A DNA stretch of 57,319 nt from Nanobdellati archaeon (lineage in GTDB: Archaea > EX4484-52 > WAPT01), in NCBI GenBank assembly GCA_027038505.1, contig JALVWC010000008.1, forward strand, positions 1 through 57,319, written 5' to 3'. The notes under the pieces were generated by a model. That model was not told the DNA's origin. It saw nothing but the letters and a program-made list of their open reading frames with translations, and searched no databases. This document shows positions 36,756 through 46,168 of this stretch, one piece after another. The position numbers were made by a program, and so were the translations under genes. Each line of letters begins with the position of its first letter. Within the stretch, counting starts at the first letter, position 1.

Positions 36756-37136
36756 TCACTCTTTTCTATTTCCCGCCTCTATTGCCCTCTTAACCACGAT
36801 AAGCAATTTATCGGCATTTTCGAGCACGAGCTTTATGTCGGATTCGGTTGCATCATTTATGTGCACGCCACCAGCACACAACACAGTTGTCTGAAAGTGC
36901 TTTGCAAGCTCCTCGGCAAATCTTCTCACGATCACCTCGTCTTTATGGCCAGGGACGTTAAATATCGATAGAGCTGAAGAACCGATCTTTCCATCCCTCT
37001 TCTCATAATGGGTTGCTATGCACACACATCCTATGTGTGGCTCATCCCCACCGCCGATCAGCACGATTATATCCTCGCCCATGCTCTGGATCTCCGCCCA
37101 GACAGCATGCCTTCCCTGACCCATCTCGATCCTCAC
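36756..37136 (-). CDS. LpdD-like protein (putative prenylated-flavin chaperone)
   Basis: LIGGGDEPHIGCV, PGHKDE and CAGGVHIN match my recollection of L. plantarum LpdD (GGTNPHIGDV, HKD, AGIHVN). ATG 37124 with a GGAGTGAGG SD is the likely start. Confidence 0.5.
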   Translation of the reverse strand: MRIEMGQGRHAVWAEIQSMGEDIIVLIGGGDEPHIGCVCIATHYEKRDGKIGSSALSIFNVPGHKDEVIVRRFAEELAKHFQTTVLCAGGVHINDATESDIKLVLENADKLLIVVKRAIEAGNRKE

Positions 37137-37208
37137 TCCGTGTCACCCCGACAATAAGGTCTTCACGGATTATTTCCGATGATGATAGATTCGTTTCACC
37201 TCTCCTCT

Positions 37209-38492
37209 TCAGCTAACTCTCCTGAACTCATCCTTTCTATCAACAGGAGCTGTCGCGTCGATTATCCATTTCGCCGTCACATGTCTTTCTGAGTCTTGGG
37301 ATGGATCCAAGGAAGAGCCCTTACAGTCGGGTATAACCACCACATCCCTATCGGGCTGAACCCTCGTTGCTATGGCCCATTCCACCTCTCTTTCGTCCGT
37401 GATATCTATGTCGTCGTCCACCACAACAACCCTTTTGAGGGAGGGGTGAGCAGCCAAAGCCGCCATTCCAACGTTCTTGCCCTCTCCCTCGACTTTCTTG
37501 GTTATTGATACCACCGCATGGAGCCAGCACCCACCGGCTTCGGTGAGCACCACGTTCTTTACTCTCGGCAGTGTGTTTGAAACTATCCTGAATATCCTCG
37601 GTTCCTGGGGTATGCCCATAAGATAGCGATGTTCCACACCGCCCGGTAGAATAGTGCGGTAAATGAGGTCATCCCTGAAATAAAGTTTCTCCACCTCCAG
37701 CACGGGTTGCTTCCTCACCACATCCCATGTGCCGGTAAGGTCAACGAACGGGCCCTCATCAGCGAGCTCATTCTTCTTTATCCTCCCGATCATCACCATT
37801 TCAGCATGAGCGGGAACATGAAGTCCGTCATCCAGCTCCACGCACTCCAATTTTCCATCAAGTAAAGAATTCGCAAACTCCATCTCGTTGAATCCGAAAA
37901 CGAACGATGTGGCAGCCGCAACCTCCACGGCCGGATGGACTCCGTTAAACACAGCCACATTAACATCATCGCTTTTCGCTCTTTCAAGAATTGCCGATAG
38001 GTGTCTGCCGGGTATTACCCTCAAAACGAACCTGTTCTTGCCCAGGTACATCATCCGATGGAATGAGTAGTTGAGTTTGCCCATTTCCTCATCCTTCGCA
38101 ACGATAATGGTGCTGGAGGTATAAAATGAACCATCCTTATCGTAAAATTTGAGCAGTGGCACGTACTTTTTTATGTCTGGGTTGTTGATTTCGTTTTCCA
38201 TGAAAGGCGCATCGCCCCTCAACCTGTAGGATTTGGGGGCATCCATACATGCGGTCATTCTCCGAATAATCTCACCCCTGTTCTTTGCGCCTATCGCTTT
38301 AGCTATGACATCCCTCGAGTTCAGGAGTGATGCCAAAACTCTCGCGTTGGGGTGGTTCTTCACCCGCGTGAAGAGCACGGCCCTCCTTTTCTTTTCAGCC
38401 CCGCAGATAAAAGGTGTCATTTCAAGTTCTGTGCTCAGATCCCTGTTGATTTCCTCCACTTCCTCCATTTCTTCAAGAAACTCACGCAACAT
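37209..38492 (-). CDS. UbiD-family decarboxylase (anhydromevalonate phosphate decarboxylase candidate)
   Basis: UbiD-like N-terminus MLREFLEEMEE..EINRDLSTELEM. About 427 aa. Context with ubiX and AcnX genes. The track starts at TTG 38540. Confidence 0.75.
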   Translation of the reverse strand: MLREFLEEMEEVEEINRDLSTELEMTPFICGAEKKRRAVLFTRVKNHPNARVLASLLNSRDVIAKAIGAKNRGEIIRRMTACMDAPKSYRLRGDAPFMENEINNPDIKKYVPLLKFYDKDGSFYTSSTIIVAKDEEMGKLNYSFHRMMYLGKNRFVLRVIPGRHLSAILERAKSDDVNVAVFNGVHPAVEVAAATSFVFGFNEMEFANSLLDGKLECVELDDGLHVPAHAEMVMIGRIKKNELADEGPFVDLTGTWDVVRKQPVLEVEKLYFRDDLIYRTILPGGVEHRYLMGIPQEPRIFRIVSNTLPRVKNVVLTEAGGCWLHAVVSITKKVEGEGKNVGMAALAAHPSLKRVVVVDDDIDITDEREVEWAIATRVQPDRDVVVIPDCKGSSLDPSQDSERHVTAKWIIDATAPVDRKDEFRRVS

Positions 38493-38645
38493 TTTCCATA
38501 CACCGGTACTCGCGCATCGCAATTCTCGATCTGTAATCAAAATATCAAAACCGTAACATTTAATATTGCAACCCTTTTTGTCGACACTTTATTCGTTATT
38601 TGTCGAATCGGGTGACAAATCTCAAAACACCTTTATTTCCATGCA

Positions 38646-39719
38646 TCACTTCTCCCCCTCAACCCTCACACCCTCAGCTCCCATCTCAGATATCATAACA
38701 CGGGCTGCAACTTTTTTCAGTGCTTTCTCAACCTTTTCAGCATTTCTTTCCTCCACAAGGGCTATGGCTATCCCCCCACCGCCTCCCCCGGAGGGCTTAA
38801 CCCCAAGAGCTCCTGCCTGTCTTGCCGCACCCATAATCCGCTTGAGCTCCGCCGTAACTATCGGAACGAAATTCTCAAAAACCCCGAACCTTTTGTTAAC
38901 TTCCATGCTTACCTCATCGATCTTCTCAAGCAGCTCGGCGTTCCTGTTCATCAGCTCTCCAAGCGCTATCCAATCACCCTGCCTGAGAGCCGAAATTCCA
39001 TCCGTCACAACCTCATCTATCCCGTCAAAGATCTCTTCGTACGCATCGCTTTCAATTTCTCTCAGCTTTTTTATCTCGCCAACAGTCACCGCGGTCAGGG
39101 CCTTAACACCCGTGTCGGCTATGATTATGGTAGGCATTTCACTTCCCCCAACCTCGACCCGCTCCATTTCGATGGGGAGTTCCCCCGCTCCCTTTCTTTC
39201 CTTTCTCCTCACGATGTGTACCCCGCCGAAAACGCTCGATGCAAACTCAGCCCCGCTTGCGGCTCCGCCATGTATTCGCTCCTGGAACGGCAACAGGAGC
39301 TCGGGGTATTTGGAGGTGTGGATGCGCCAGTCGTAGAGGGCATTTATCGCATGAAAAAAAGCCGAAAGGAATGCCGTTGAGCTGCTGAGCCCTCCACTTT
39401 CAGGCGGGATCTCGCTGCTTACAGTTATATTTGCTCCATGCTCCATACCGTATGTCTGGTGAGAGAACTCAAGAAGCTCGGCCGCAGGCTTCATCACATC
39501 GTCACACCGCTTAACCGCAAAACATGAGCCTTCGAGTTCCGCAAGGATCTTGCCATAGCCGGCCGAGCTGACAACCACTCGGTTCTGGGGAATCTTTTCA
39601 GCCGTAACCCTGGTTCTGAGATTCACCGAGGTCACCAGCGCTCTCCTGCCGTAGACAACGGCATGCTCCCCCATGAAAAACACGTTTCCCGGAGCGGATG
39701 TGGTGATGAGTTCTTTCAT
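38646..39719 (-). CDS. mvk: Mevalonate kinase (GHMP family)
   Basis: SAPGNVFFMGEHAVVYG, PPESGGLSSSTA, SGGGGGG. ATG 39719 is preferred over 39749. Confidence 0.85.
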   Translation of the reverse strand: MKELITTSAPGNVFFMGEHAVVYGRRALVTSVNLRTRVTAEKIPQNRVVVSSAGYGKILAELEGSCFAVKRCDDVMKPAAELLEFSHQTYGMEHGANITVSSEIPPESGGLSSSTAFLSAFFHAINALYDWRIHTSKYPELLLPFQERIHGGAASGAEFASSVFGGVHIVRRKERKGAGELPIEMERVEVGGSEMPTIIIADTGVKALTAVTVGEIKKLREIESDAYEEIFDGIDEVVTDGISALRQGDWIALGELMNRNAELLEKIDEVSMEVNKRFGVFENFVPIVTAELKRIMGAARQAGALGVKPSGGGGGGIAIALVEERNAEKVEKALKKVAARVMISEMGAEGVRVEGEK

Positions 39720-40111
39720 ACGAACACCACGAACTTTTATTTTCGGCATTTGATGAATATTAAGTTTGCCGTTTCCAAAAAATTTAAATACTATCCTTCT
39801 CTATTTCATTTACCGTCGAATTAAGTTTTAGACAATTGTTGAATGGAGGGTGTTGAGATGAAGGTGCAGATGGCCGATATAAACTTCTGGGGGATCAAGG
39901 TTGTGAGTAAAAATACAAAGTCGAAAAAATCGCAGAAAAATTGAAAGGTGAATAGCTGTTGGGTCTTTAGCCAGATCACATACGAGAGCTTCCCACAGCA
40001 AGACCAACAAATAATTTAAAGATTGGACACGAGGAGGTAAACCTGTGCATACTTCCTCTCCATACTGCGCCATAAGCGGAGCTTCCGAAAGGTCATAAAA
40101 GCGATGGGTGT

Positions 40112-41440
40112 TTGATCGTGGAAGAAGACGGAAAAGGAAGCAGGCTTGGTAAGGCTCGGACATCACGGATAAGCGGATTCTACAAGCTTGGCATTGAGGA
40201 AAGGAGAAAGTTCGTTAAGGACTTTGCCAACCTTTCGGATGATGAGATAAAGCTTTTTGACGGCGCTTTATCAATTGATCTTGCTGACAAGATGATAGAG
40301 AACGTCATAGGAAAGATGGAACTCCCTCTCGGTGTTGCGGTCAACTTTCTCATCAACGGAAAGGACTACCTCGTTCCGATGGCTCTGGAGGAACCGAGCG
40401 TTGTGGCTGCTGCATCACACATGGCAAAGATCGCAAGAGAGAATGGAGGTGTAAGGGCTGAAGCTTCAGATCCCGTCATGATAGGACAGGTTCATCTTGC
40501 GCAAATTGATGATGTGGAAGGTGCCAGGAAAGCCGTGCTTGAGAAAAAAGAAGAGCTGCTGAAGGTCGCTGAGGCACAGGACCCCACACTCCTCAAGTAC
40601 GGAGGCGGGCCTGTCGATATTGAGGCAAGAGTGGTGGAGCACGAGGAAGGGGAAAAATTTCTGGTTGTGCACCTGCTTGTGAATTGTGCTGATGCGATGG
40701 GAGCCAATCTTGTTAACACCATGGTTGAGGCTATAGCTCCGATCCTTGAGGAAATAACGGGAGGGAAAGCCATACTCAAAATCATAAGCAACCTTGCTGT
40801 GTACAGGATAGCGAGAGCAGAAGTAAAAATAAGACCAGAGACGATAGGCGGGGAGGAAGTTGTCGACAGGATAGTCTTGGCAAGTAAGATGGCTGAAGCT
40901 GATGTTTTTAGAGCGGTAACCCATAACAAGGGAATAATGAACGGAATAACAGCCATAGCCTTAGCAACGGGTAATGATACAAGAGCCATTGAGGCCGGAG
41001 CTCATGGCTATGCTGCAATGAATGGTAAATACAAACCTCTTGCCATCTGGAGGAAGGATGAGGAAGGTAACCTGGTGGGAAAGATAGAGCTTCCGATACA
41101 GGCCGGGATAGTTGGTGGAGCAACCCGTGTGCACCCTGTGGCAAAGCTAAACCTCAAAATCCTCGGTGTGGGAAGTGCAAGAGAACTTGCGGAGATCATG
41201 GCGGCTGTGGGGCTTCTGCAGAATCTTGCCGCTCTGAGAGCCATAGTTACCGAAGGTATACAACGCGGTCACATGGAGCTGCACGCAAGAAACCTGGCGA
41301 TAATGGCCGGAACTCCGACTGAAAAGGTTGATGAGGTTGCGGAGAGGGCTGTTGAAAAAGCCGGAAAAGAGGGCAGGAAGATGACCATGGATCTCGTAAG
41401 GGATGTGATGAAGGAATTGGGGCTTGAGCCCAAAAGCTGA
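40112..41440 (+). CDS. hmgA: HMG-CoA reductase, class II type
   Basis: ENVIGKMELPLGVA, VPMALEEPSVVAAAS, DAMGAN. The start is TTG 40112 or GTG 40118. Confidence 0.88.
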   Translation: MIVEEDGKGSRLGKARTSRISGFYKLGIEERRKFVKDFANLSDDEIKLFDGALSIDLADKMIENVIGKMELPLGVAVNFLINGKDYLVPMALEEPSVVAAASHMAKIARENGGVRAEASDPVMIGQVHLAQIDDVEGARKAVLEKKEELLKVAEAQDPTLLKYGGGPVDIEARVVEHEEGEKFLVVHLLVNCADAMGANLVNTMVEAIAPILEEITGGKAILKIISNLAVYRIARAEVKIRPETIGGEEVVDRIVLASKMAEADVFRAVTHNKGIMNGITAIALATGNDTRAIEAGAHGYAAMNGKYKPLAIWRKDEEGNLVGKIELPIQAGIVGGATRVHPVAKLNLKILGVGSARELAEIMAAVGLLQNLAALRAIVTEGIQRGHMELHARNLAIMAGTPTEKVDEVAERAVEKAGKEGRKMTMDLVRDVMKELGLEPKS

Positions 41441-41452
41441 GGGTGGAACCGC

Positions 41453-42505
41453 ATGAAGACAGATGGTAAATCCGGTATAGTCGGCTATGGATGTTATGTT
41501 CCGATGTACAGGATAAAGGTGGAGGAGATAGCGAGCGTGTGGGGTGAGGATCCTGAAAGAATAAAGAAGGGTCTGCTTGTGGAGGAAAAGGCTGTTGCCG
41601 GAGATGATGAGGACACAGCCACGATAGCGGTTGAAGCCGCAAAGAACGCTCTCAAAAGAGCGTGCATAAATCCTGATGATATAGGCGCAATTTATGTCGG
41701 AAGTGAGAGCCATCCTTATGTTGTCAAACCCACAGCAACGATAGTCGGTGAAGCACTGGGTGTTGGAAACAGTTACACAGCAGCGGATCTTGAATTTGCA
41801 TGCAAAGCAGGCACGGCCGGCATACAGATGTGCCTGGGACTGGTCTCCTCGGGCATGATAGACTACGGCCTTGCCATAGGGGCGGATACAGCTCAAGGAG
41901 CTCCGGGGGATGCCCTTGAGTACACTGCCGCTAGTGGTGGAGCTGCTTTCGTAATAGGAAGAAAAAATGTTCTTGCAAAGATAATAGCAACAGCTTCCTA
42001 TTCTTCCGATACTCCGGATTTCTGGAGGAGACCCATGCAGCACTATCCAAGACATGCAGCCCGCTTTACAGGAGAGCCCGCATATTTCAGGCATATAGGA
42101 GGAGCGGTCAAACTGCTTCTGGAGGAGACCAACCTCAGCATCTCTGATTTTGACAAGGTCGTGTTTCACATGCCTAACGGTAAGTTCCCGCTTAGAATGG
42201 CGAAGATGCTCGGCATTGAGAAGGAGAAGCTGGCAGACGGGTTTGTGGTCAGTAAGGTGGGAAACACTTATTCCGGCAGCAGTTTGCTCGGACTGTGCGC
42301 GACACTTGATAAGGCAAAACCCAAAGAGCTTATCTTGCTTGCTTCATTCGGTAGCGGAGCTGGTAGCGATGCCTTTGCGATAGAGGTAACCGACCTCATA
42401 GAGGAAAAAAGAGATCTTGCCCCCACGTTTGAGCGCTATCTCAACAGAAAGATTTACATAAGCTATGCAAAATACGCCAAGATGAGGGGTAAGCTGAAAG
42501 ACTGA
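41453..42505 (+). CDS. hmgB: HMG-CoA synthase (archaeal type)
   Basis: Active-site [10 protein letters not shown]. 350 aa. TGATG overlap with the thiolase gene. Confidence 0.88.
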   Translation: MKTDGKSGIVGYGCYVPMYRIKVEEIASVWGEDPERIKKGLLVEEKAVAGDDEDTATIAVEAAKNALKRACINPDDIGAIYVGSESHPYVVKPTATIVGEALGVGNSYTAADLEFACKAGTAGIQMCLGLVSSGMIDYGLAIGADTAQGAPGDALEYTAASGGAAFVIGRKNVLAKIIATASYSSDTPDFWRRPMQHYPRHAARFTGEPAYFRHIGGAVKLLLEETNLSISDFDKVVFHMPNGKFPLRMAKMLGIEKEKLADGFVVSKVGNTYSGSSLLGLCATLDKAKPKELILLASFGSGAGSDAFAIEVTDLIEEKRDLAPTFERYLNRKIYISYAKYAKMRGKLKD

Positions 42506-43683
42506 TGGTAGTGATGCTTATGAAAAGAAGGGTATGCGTTATCGGTGTGGGGCTAACAAAATTCGGAGAACACTGGGGTAAGGGTTTTAGAGAGCTTGCG
42601 ATAGAAGCCGGAATAAAGGCAATAGAGGACGCTGGCATAAGCGGCAAAGACATAGATGCCATGTACATAGGCAACATGTCCGGCGGCAGGTTTATCGGGC
42701 AGGAGCACATAGCATCGCTCATAGCTGGAGAGCTCGGATTGAACATTCCCGCCACGAGGGTGGAAGCTGCATGCGCATCCGGAGGGCTTGCGGTCAGGCA
42801 GGCTTATCTCGCTGTACTTTCAGGAAAGCATGACGTGGTGCTTGTCGGCGGAGTGGAGAAGATGACCGATGTAAAAACGGGTGAGGCCGCGTTAACCCTT
42901 GCGGGGGCTGCCGATCAGGAGTGGGAGGGGTATCATGGAGTTACCTTCCCCGGCCTTTACGCTTTGATGGCAAGAAGACACATGCACGAATACGGAACAA
43001 CGAGGGAGCAACTTGCACTGGTGGCGGTCAAAAATCATGAGAATGCCACCAAAAATCCGATAGCTCAGTACCCGTACCCCATAACGGTTGAGAGTGTGAT
43101 CAGCTCACCTCCGATTGCTGAGCCTCTCAACCTGCTCGATTGCTCTCCCATAACGGACGGTGCTGCTGCTATCGTAGTATGTGCTGAAGATGTGGCAAAG
43201 AAGTTCACCGACAAGCTTGTGCATATAGCTGGGAGCGGGCATGCAACGGACACGCTCGCACTTCATGACAGAGAAAGCCTGACGGAAATAAAGGCAACAA
43301 AGCTTGCTGCAAAGATGGCTTATGAAGAAGCGGGAATAAAACCTGCTGACGTTGATGTTGCTGAAGTGCATGATTGTTTTACCATAGCCGAGATACTGGC
43401 GATAGAGGACTTGGGATTTGTGGATAAGGGTAAGGGAGGTAAGTTCGTGGAGGATGGCGAGACGAGGCTTGATGGTTCCATCCCCGTCAATACTTCCGGC
43501 GGGCTTAAGGCATGCGGCCATCCTGTTGGCGCTACCGGCGTTAAACAGATAGCTGAAATCGTGCTGCAGCTGAGAGGGGAAGCGGGAGAGAGGCAGGTTA
43601 AGGATGCAAGGATCGGACTTGCTCACAACGTGGGAGGGAGTGGTGCAACGGCCGTTGTGCACATACTGGAAAGAGAATGGTGA
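42505..43683 (+). CDS. Acetoacetyl-CoA thiolase
   Basis: VEAACASGG active-site Cys, [20 protein letters not shown]. Confidence 0.88.
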   Translation: MVVMLMKRRVCVIGVGLTKFGEHWGKGFRELAIEAGIKAIEDAGISGKDIDAMYIGNMSGGRFIGQEHIASLIAGELGLNIPATRVEAACASGGLAVRQAYLAVLSGKHDVVLVGGVEKMTDVKTGEAALTLAGAADQEWEGYHGVTFPGLYALMARRHMHEYGTTREQLALVAVKNHENATKNPIAQYPYPITVESVISSPPIAEPLNLLDCSPITDGAAAIVVCAEDVAKKFTDKLVHIAGSGHATDTLALHDRESLTEIKATKLAAKMAYEEAGIKPADVDVAEVHDCFTIAEILAIEDLGFVDKGKGGKFVEDGETRLDGSIPVNTSGGLKACGHPVGATGVKQIAEIVLQLRGEAGERQVKDARIGLAHNVGGSGATAVVHILEREW

Positions 43684-43703
43684 GAGCGGAGAGGTGAGCT
43701 GAG

Positions 43704-44105
43704 ATGAGCCACAGATCAAGCGTGCCCCTTGCATGGCGTAGGTTTGAAGCGAGGTACAGGCTTGTCGGGAACAGATGTTTAACATGCGGAACCATTTACT
43801 TCCCACCCAAGGCTATTTGCCCGAAGTGCAGGAGGAAGGGTAAGCTTGAGAAATACCAGCTGAAGGGAGAAGGCAAAATCCACACCTACACCATTATTCA
43901 CGCTGCTCCCTCTGGATTTGAGAAGCGCGTGCCATACTGCATAGCCATAATCGAGCTTGATGAAGGTCCCAAGGTGTTGGGAGAAGTTGTTGGAGATCTG
44001 ACGCTTCTCGACATCGGAGCAAGAGTCAGAGCTGTGTTCCGCAAGATATATGAGGATGGAGAGGACGGAATAATTCACTACGGGTTGAAGTGGGAGCTGG
44101 TTTGA
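43704..44105 (+). CDS. DUF35 OB-fold/zinc-ribbon protein (thiolase-HMGCS scaffold)
   Basis: CLTCGTIYFPPKAICPKCRRKG ribbon followed by an OB-fold; immediately downstream of the thiolase. Confidence 0.85.
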   Translation: MSHRSSVPLAWRRFEARYRLVGNRCLTCGTIYFPPKAICPKCRRKGKLEKYQLKGEGKIHTYTIIHAAPSGFEKRVPYCIAIIELDEGPKVLGEVVGDLTLLDIGARVRAVFRKIYEDGEDGIIHYGLKWELV

Positions 44106-44154
44106 AAGTTGGCATAAGAAAAAAATTCAAAGAGGGGAGGTTAAGAAGATATCC

Positions 44155-45363
44155 TCACCCCTCAAGCGGGCACTTCTCTCTGTAGAAAAGTTTTCCGAGT
44201 TTCTTCTTCACTCCACCCGCAAACCTCTTCAGGCCGCTCTTTATGTTGTCTTTGTACTTGGTGAGCTTTTCCTCAGCCCAGAGTCCCGCCATACCACCGA
44301 GCACACCACCAACCGCTGTAGGAGCTGCGTGCGGGAAGTACGTCGCGTTTCCGGTGATGGTGTTGTTCACCGCGGTGATGAAGGTATTCGGATCCTCCAA
44401 GGCCCTCATAGTAGCCGCAGCAGCTAAACCATAGACTGTCGCTTTTGCCACCTTGTCCTTGTTATCCTTAATGAAACGGTAGATGTCGTTGGCAAGACTC
44501 TCCTCGTACTTTATGATGTGCTGGAAGGCGCTCTCATCCAGATTACAGCTCCTGAACACGTCCCTTCTCTTCGCTTCAAATTTTTCAAGTGCGTCTCTGT
44601 AATTCTTCAAGAGGTAGTCGTAACCCTTGACGTGAGCCACGACATCGAAAGCGGCCTCGAGAGTGGGGAGATCTTTCTCATCTGCTCCTGACCTATAGGC
44701 CTTGATTATTTCCTCAGCTTTCCTGCTGTCCCATCTTCCTGTGAGTTTTCTTATACCCTTCTTCTCAAAGTTGTTCTTCAACGCGTCCCTGTAATGAGTG
44801 TAATATTTTGCAACATTCACTGCTTCCTCATCAAAATCTTCTTCCCGACTTATTATATCCATCGGGTCTATCCCGTGGTGGCCAAGGTACCATTCCTTGA
44901 TACCTCTAGTTGTGTAAAGTGCGTCATCTTGATTGATTCTTCGAGATGCTCCTCCTACCTCTACCCGAACCCAGTTTCCATTTCCGATCTCCCGGATATC
45001 GCCGGTACCGCGTCTTCCCGCAGTATCTATCTTATCAACATGTATCTGTATCTTATCATTATGGTTACCGTTGTCTTCACCCCCGTTGCCTTGGTAATCG
45101 GGAAGCTGCTCAAGATATCTTTCCACAATACCGTTCTCGCTTTCGAACTGCTCACAGAGATACTTAAAGAGCTTTTCTCTGGCTTCTTTTGTGATTCCCC
45201 TTGCGCTTTTCACAATTTCCAGAATGTTTTCTCTCCTTTCTTCCAGAGCCTTAGAGATGTAATCGGCGACTTTCTCTGCAGTTTTCTTCCCCAGGCCTTT
45301 GATATTTTCAAAATCACTCAGCACCTCACGATAGATAGCATCTCTAACATCAGCACTTACCAT
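44155..45363 (-). CDS. Hypothetical protein, 402 aa, N-terminal helix-hairpin-helix-like motifs
   Basis: IKGLGKKTAEKVADYI and ARGITKEAREKLFKYL; Gly-rich hydrophobic segment AVGGVLGGMAGLW near the C-terminus. GAGGTGGT SD. Confidence 0.6.
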   Translation of the reverse strand: MVSADVRDAIYREVLSDFENIKGLGKKTAEKVADYISKALEERRENILEIVKSARGITKEAREKLFKYLCEQFESENGIVERYLEQLPDYQGNGGEDNGNHNDKIQIHVDKIDTAGRRGTGDIREIGNGNWVRVEVGGASRRINQDDALYTTRGIKEWYLGHHGIDPMDIISREEDFDEEAVNVAKYYTHYRDALKNNFEKKGIRKLTGRWDSRKAEEIIKAYRSGADEKDLPTLEAAFDVVAHVKGYDYLLKNYRDALEKFEAKRRDVFRSCNLDESAFQHIIKYEESLANDIYRFIKDNKDKVAKATVYGLAAAATMRALEDPNTFITAVNNTITGNATYFPHAAPTAVGGVLGGMAGLWAEEKLTKYKDNIKSGLKRFAGGVKKKLGKLFYREKCPLEG

Positions 45364-45395
45364 AGCAATACCACCTCACTTATTTGTTACTATAT

Positions 45396-45421
45396 AGTAA
45401 TTACATTTAGTAATTACATTT
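45396..45421. repeat. Perfect tandem duplication of the 13-mer AGTAATTACATTT
   Basis: Units at 45396..45408 and 45409..45421, each containing the 8-bp palindrome GTAATTAC. Confidence 0.9.
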
Positions 45422-45604
45422 GAAATATTTAAATTTTTCGGTTATAGCAACGGATAACGGAAAACTAAAACCTCTTAAAACCTTTTTAAACCTTCGATGA
45501 GAAATTCTTATTGGCCCAAGGGATGATTTCATCAGCCTTGGCTGATGGATGATGCATGATGGGCGGAATGACCTTGGCGCCATGTCCCTTTTCTTTTTAG
45601 GGGG

Positions 45605-46168
45605 ATGAAACCAATGAAAATGAACTCCGGCAAAGGCATTAAGCTTCTCTCAGGAAAAGATTTGAGCGGGATTTTTGAAAGCTGTCTGATGCTTTTAACT
45701 GTGATTCTCATGCTCAAGTTCTTAGACAAAGTGGTGCTGCTTCTCTCTCTGGTGTTTCTGGCAGCGATCTCCAGAATCTATATGCGCTTTTTACCCCTGC
45801 CAATCGGCTTTGATCTCGTGCTTTTTGGAACTTATGTTGTTTATCTCAGGTTCGGATGGCCGTATGCAATCATCATCGGCTGGCTATCCCTATTTCTCAA
45901 CCTCGTGGTCTCGGGAGATAAAGCTGAGAAAAGACTTCCAAGTTTTCTCGGACTGGCGACAAGCATAATTGTTCTGCGTCTCATAGGGTATAGCGGTTTG
46001 GGTGGCGTTGCGGGAGTTTTCTTCTCCATCCTCTTCAACCTCTTCGCCATGCCTCTGTACTACTTTCTGGGAGCGCGATCCCATAACATCTTCATCTTTG
46101 CCACAACCAACGTGCTGTTCAATTATCTTGTTTTCTCAGCTCTCCTGCCCGTCTTTCTCAGCCTCTAA
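45605..46168 (+). CDS. Polytopic membrane protein, unknown function
   Basis: 187 aa with about 5 hydrophobic helices. The start could be ATG 45614. Confidence 0.55.
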   Translation: MKPMKMNSGKGIKLLSGKDLSGIFESCLMLLTVILMLKFLDKVVLLLSLVFLAAISRIYMRFLPLPIGFDLVLFGTYVVYLRFGWPYAIIIGWLSLFLNLVVSGDKAEKRLPSFLGLATSIIVLRLIGYSGLGGVAGVFFSILFNLFAMPLYYFLGARSHNIFIFATTNVLFNYLVFSALLPVFLSL

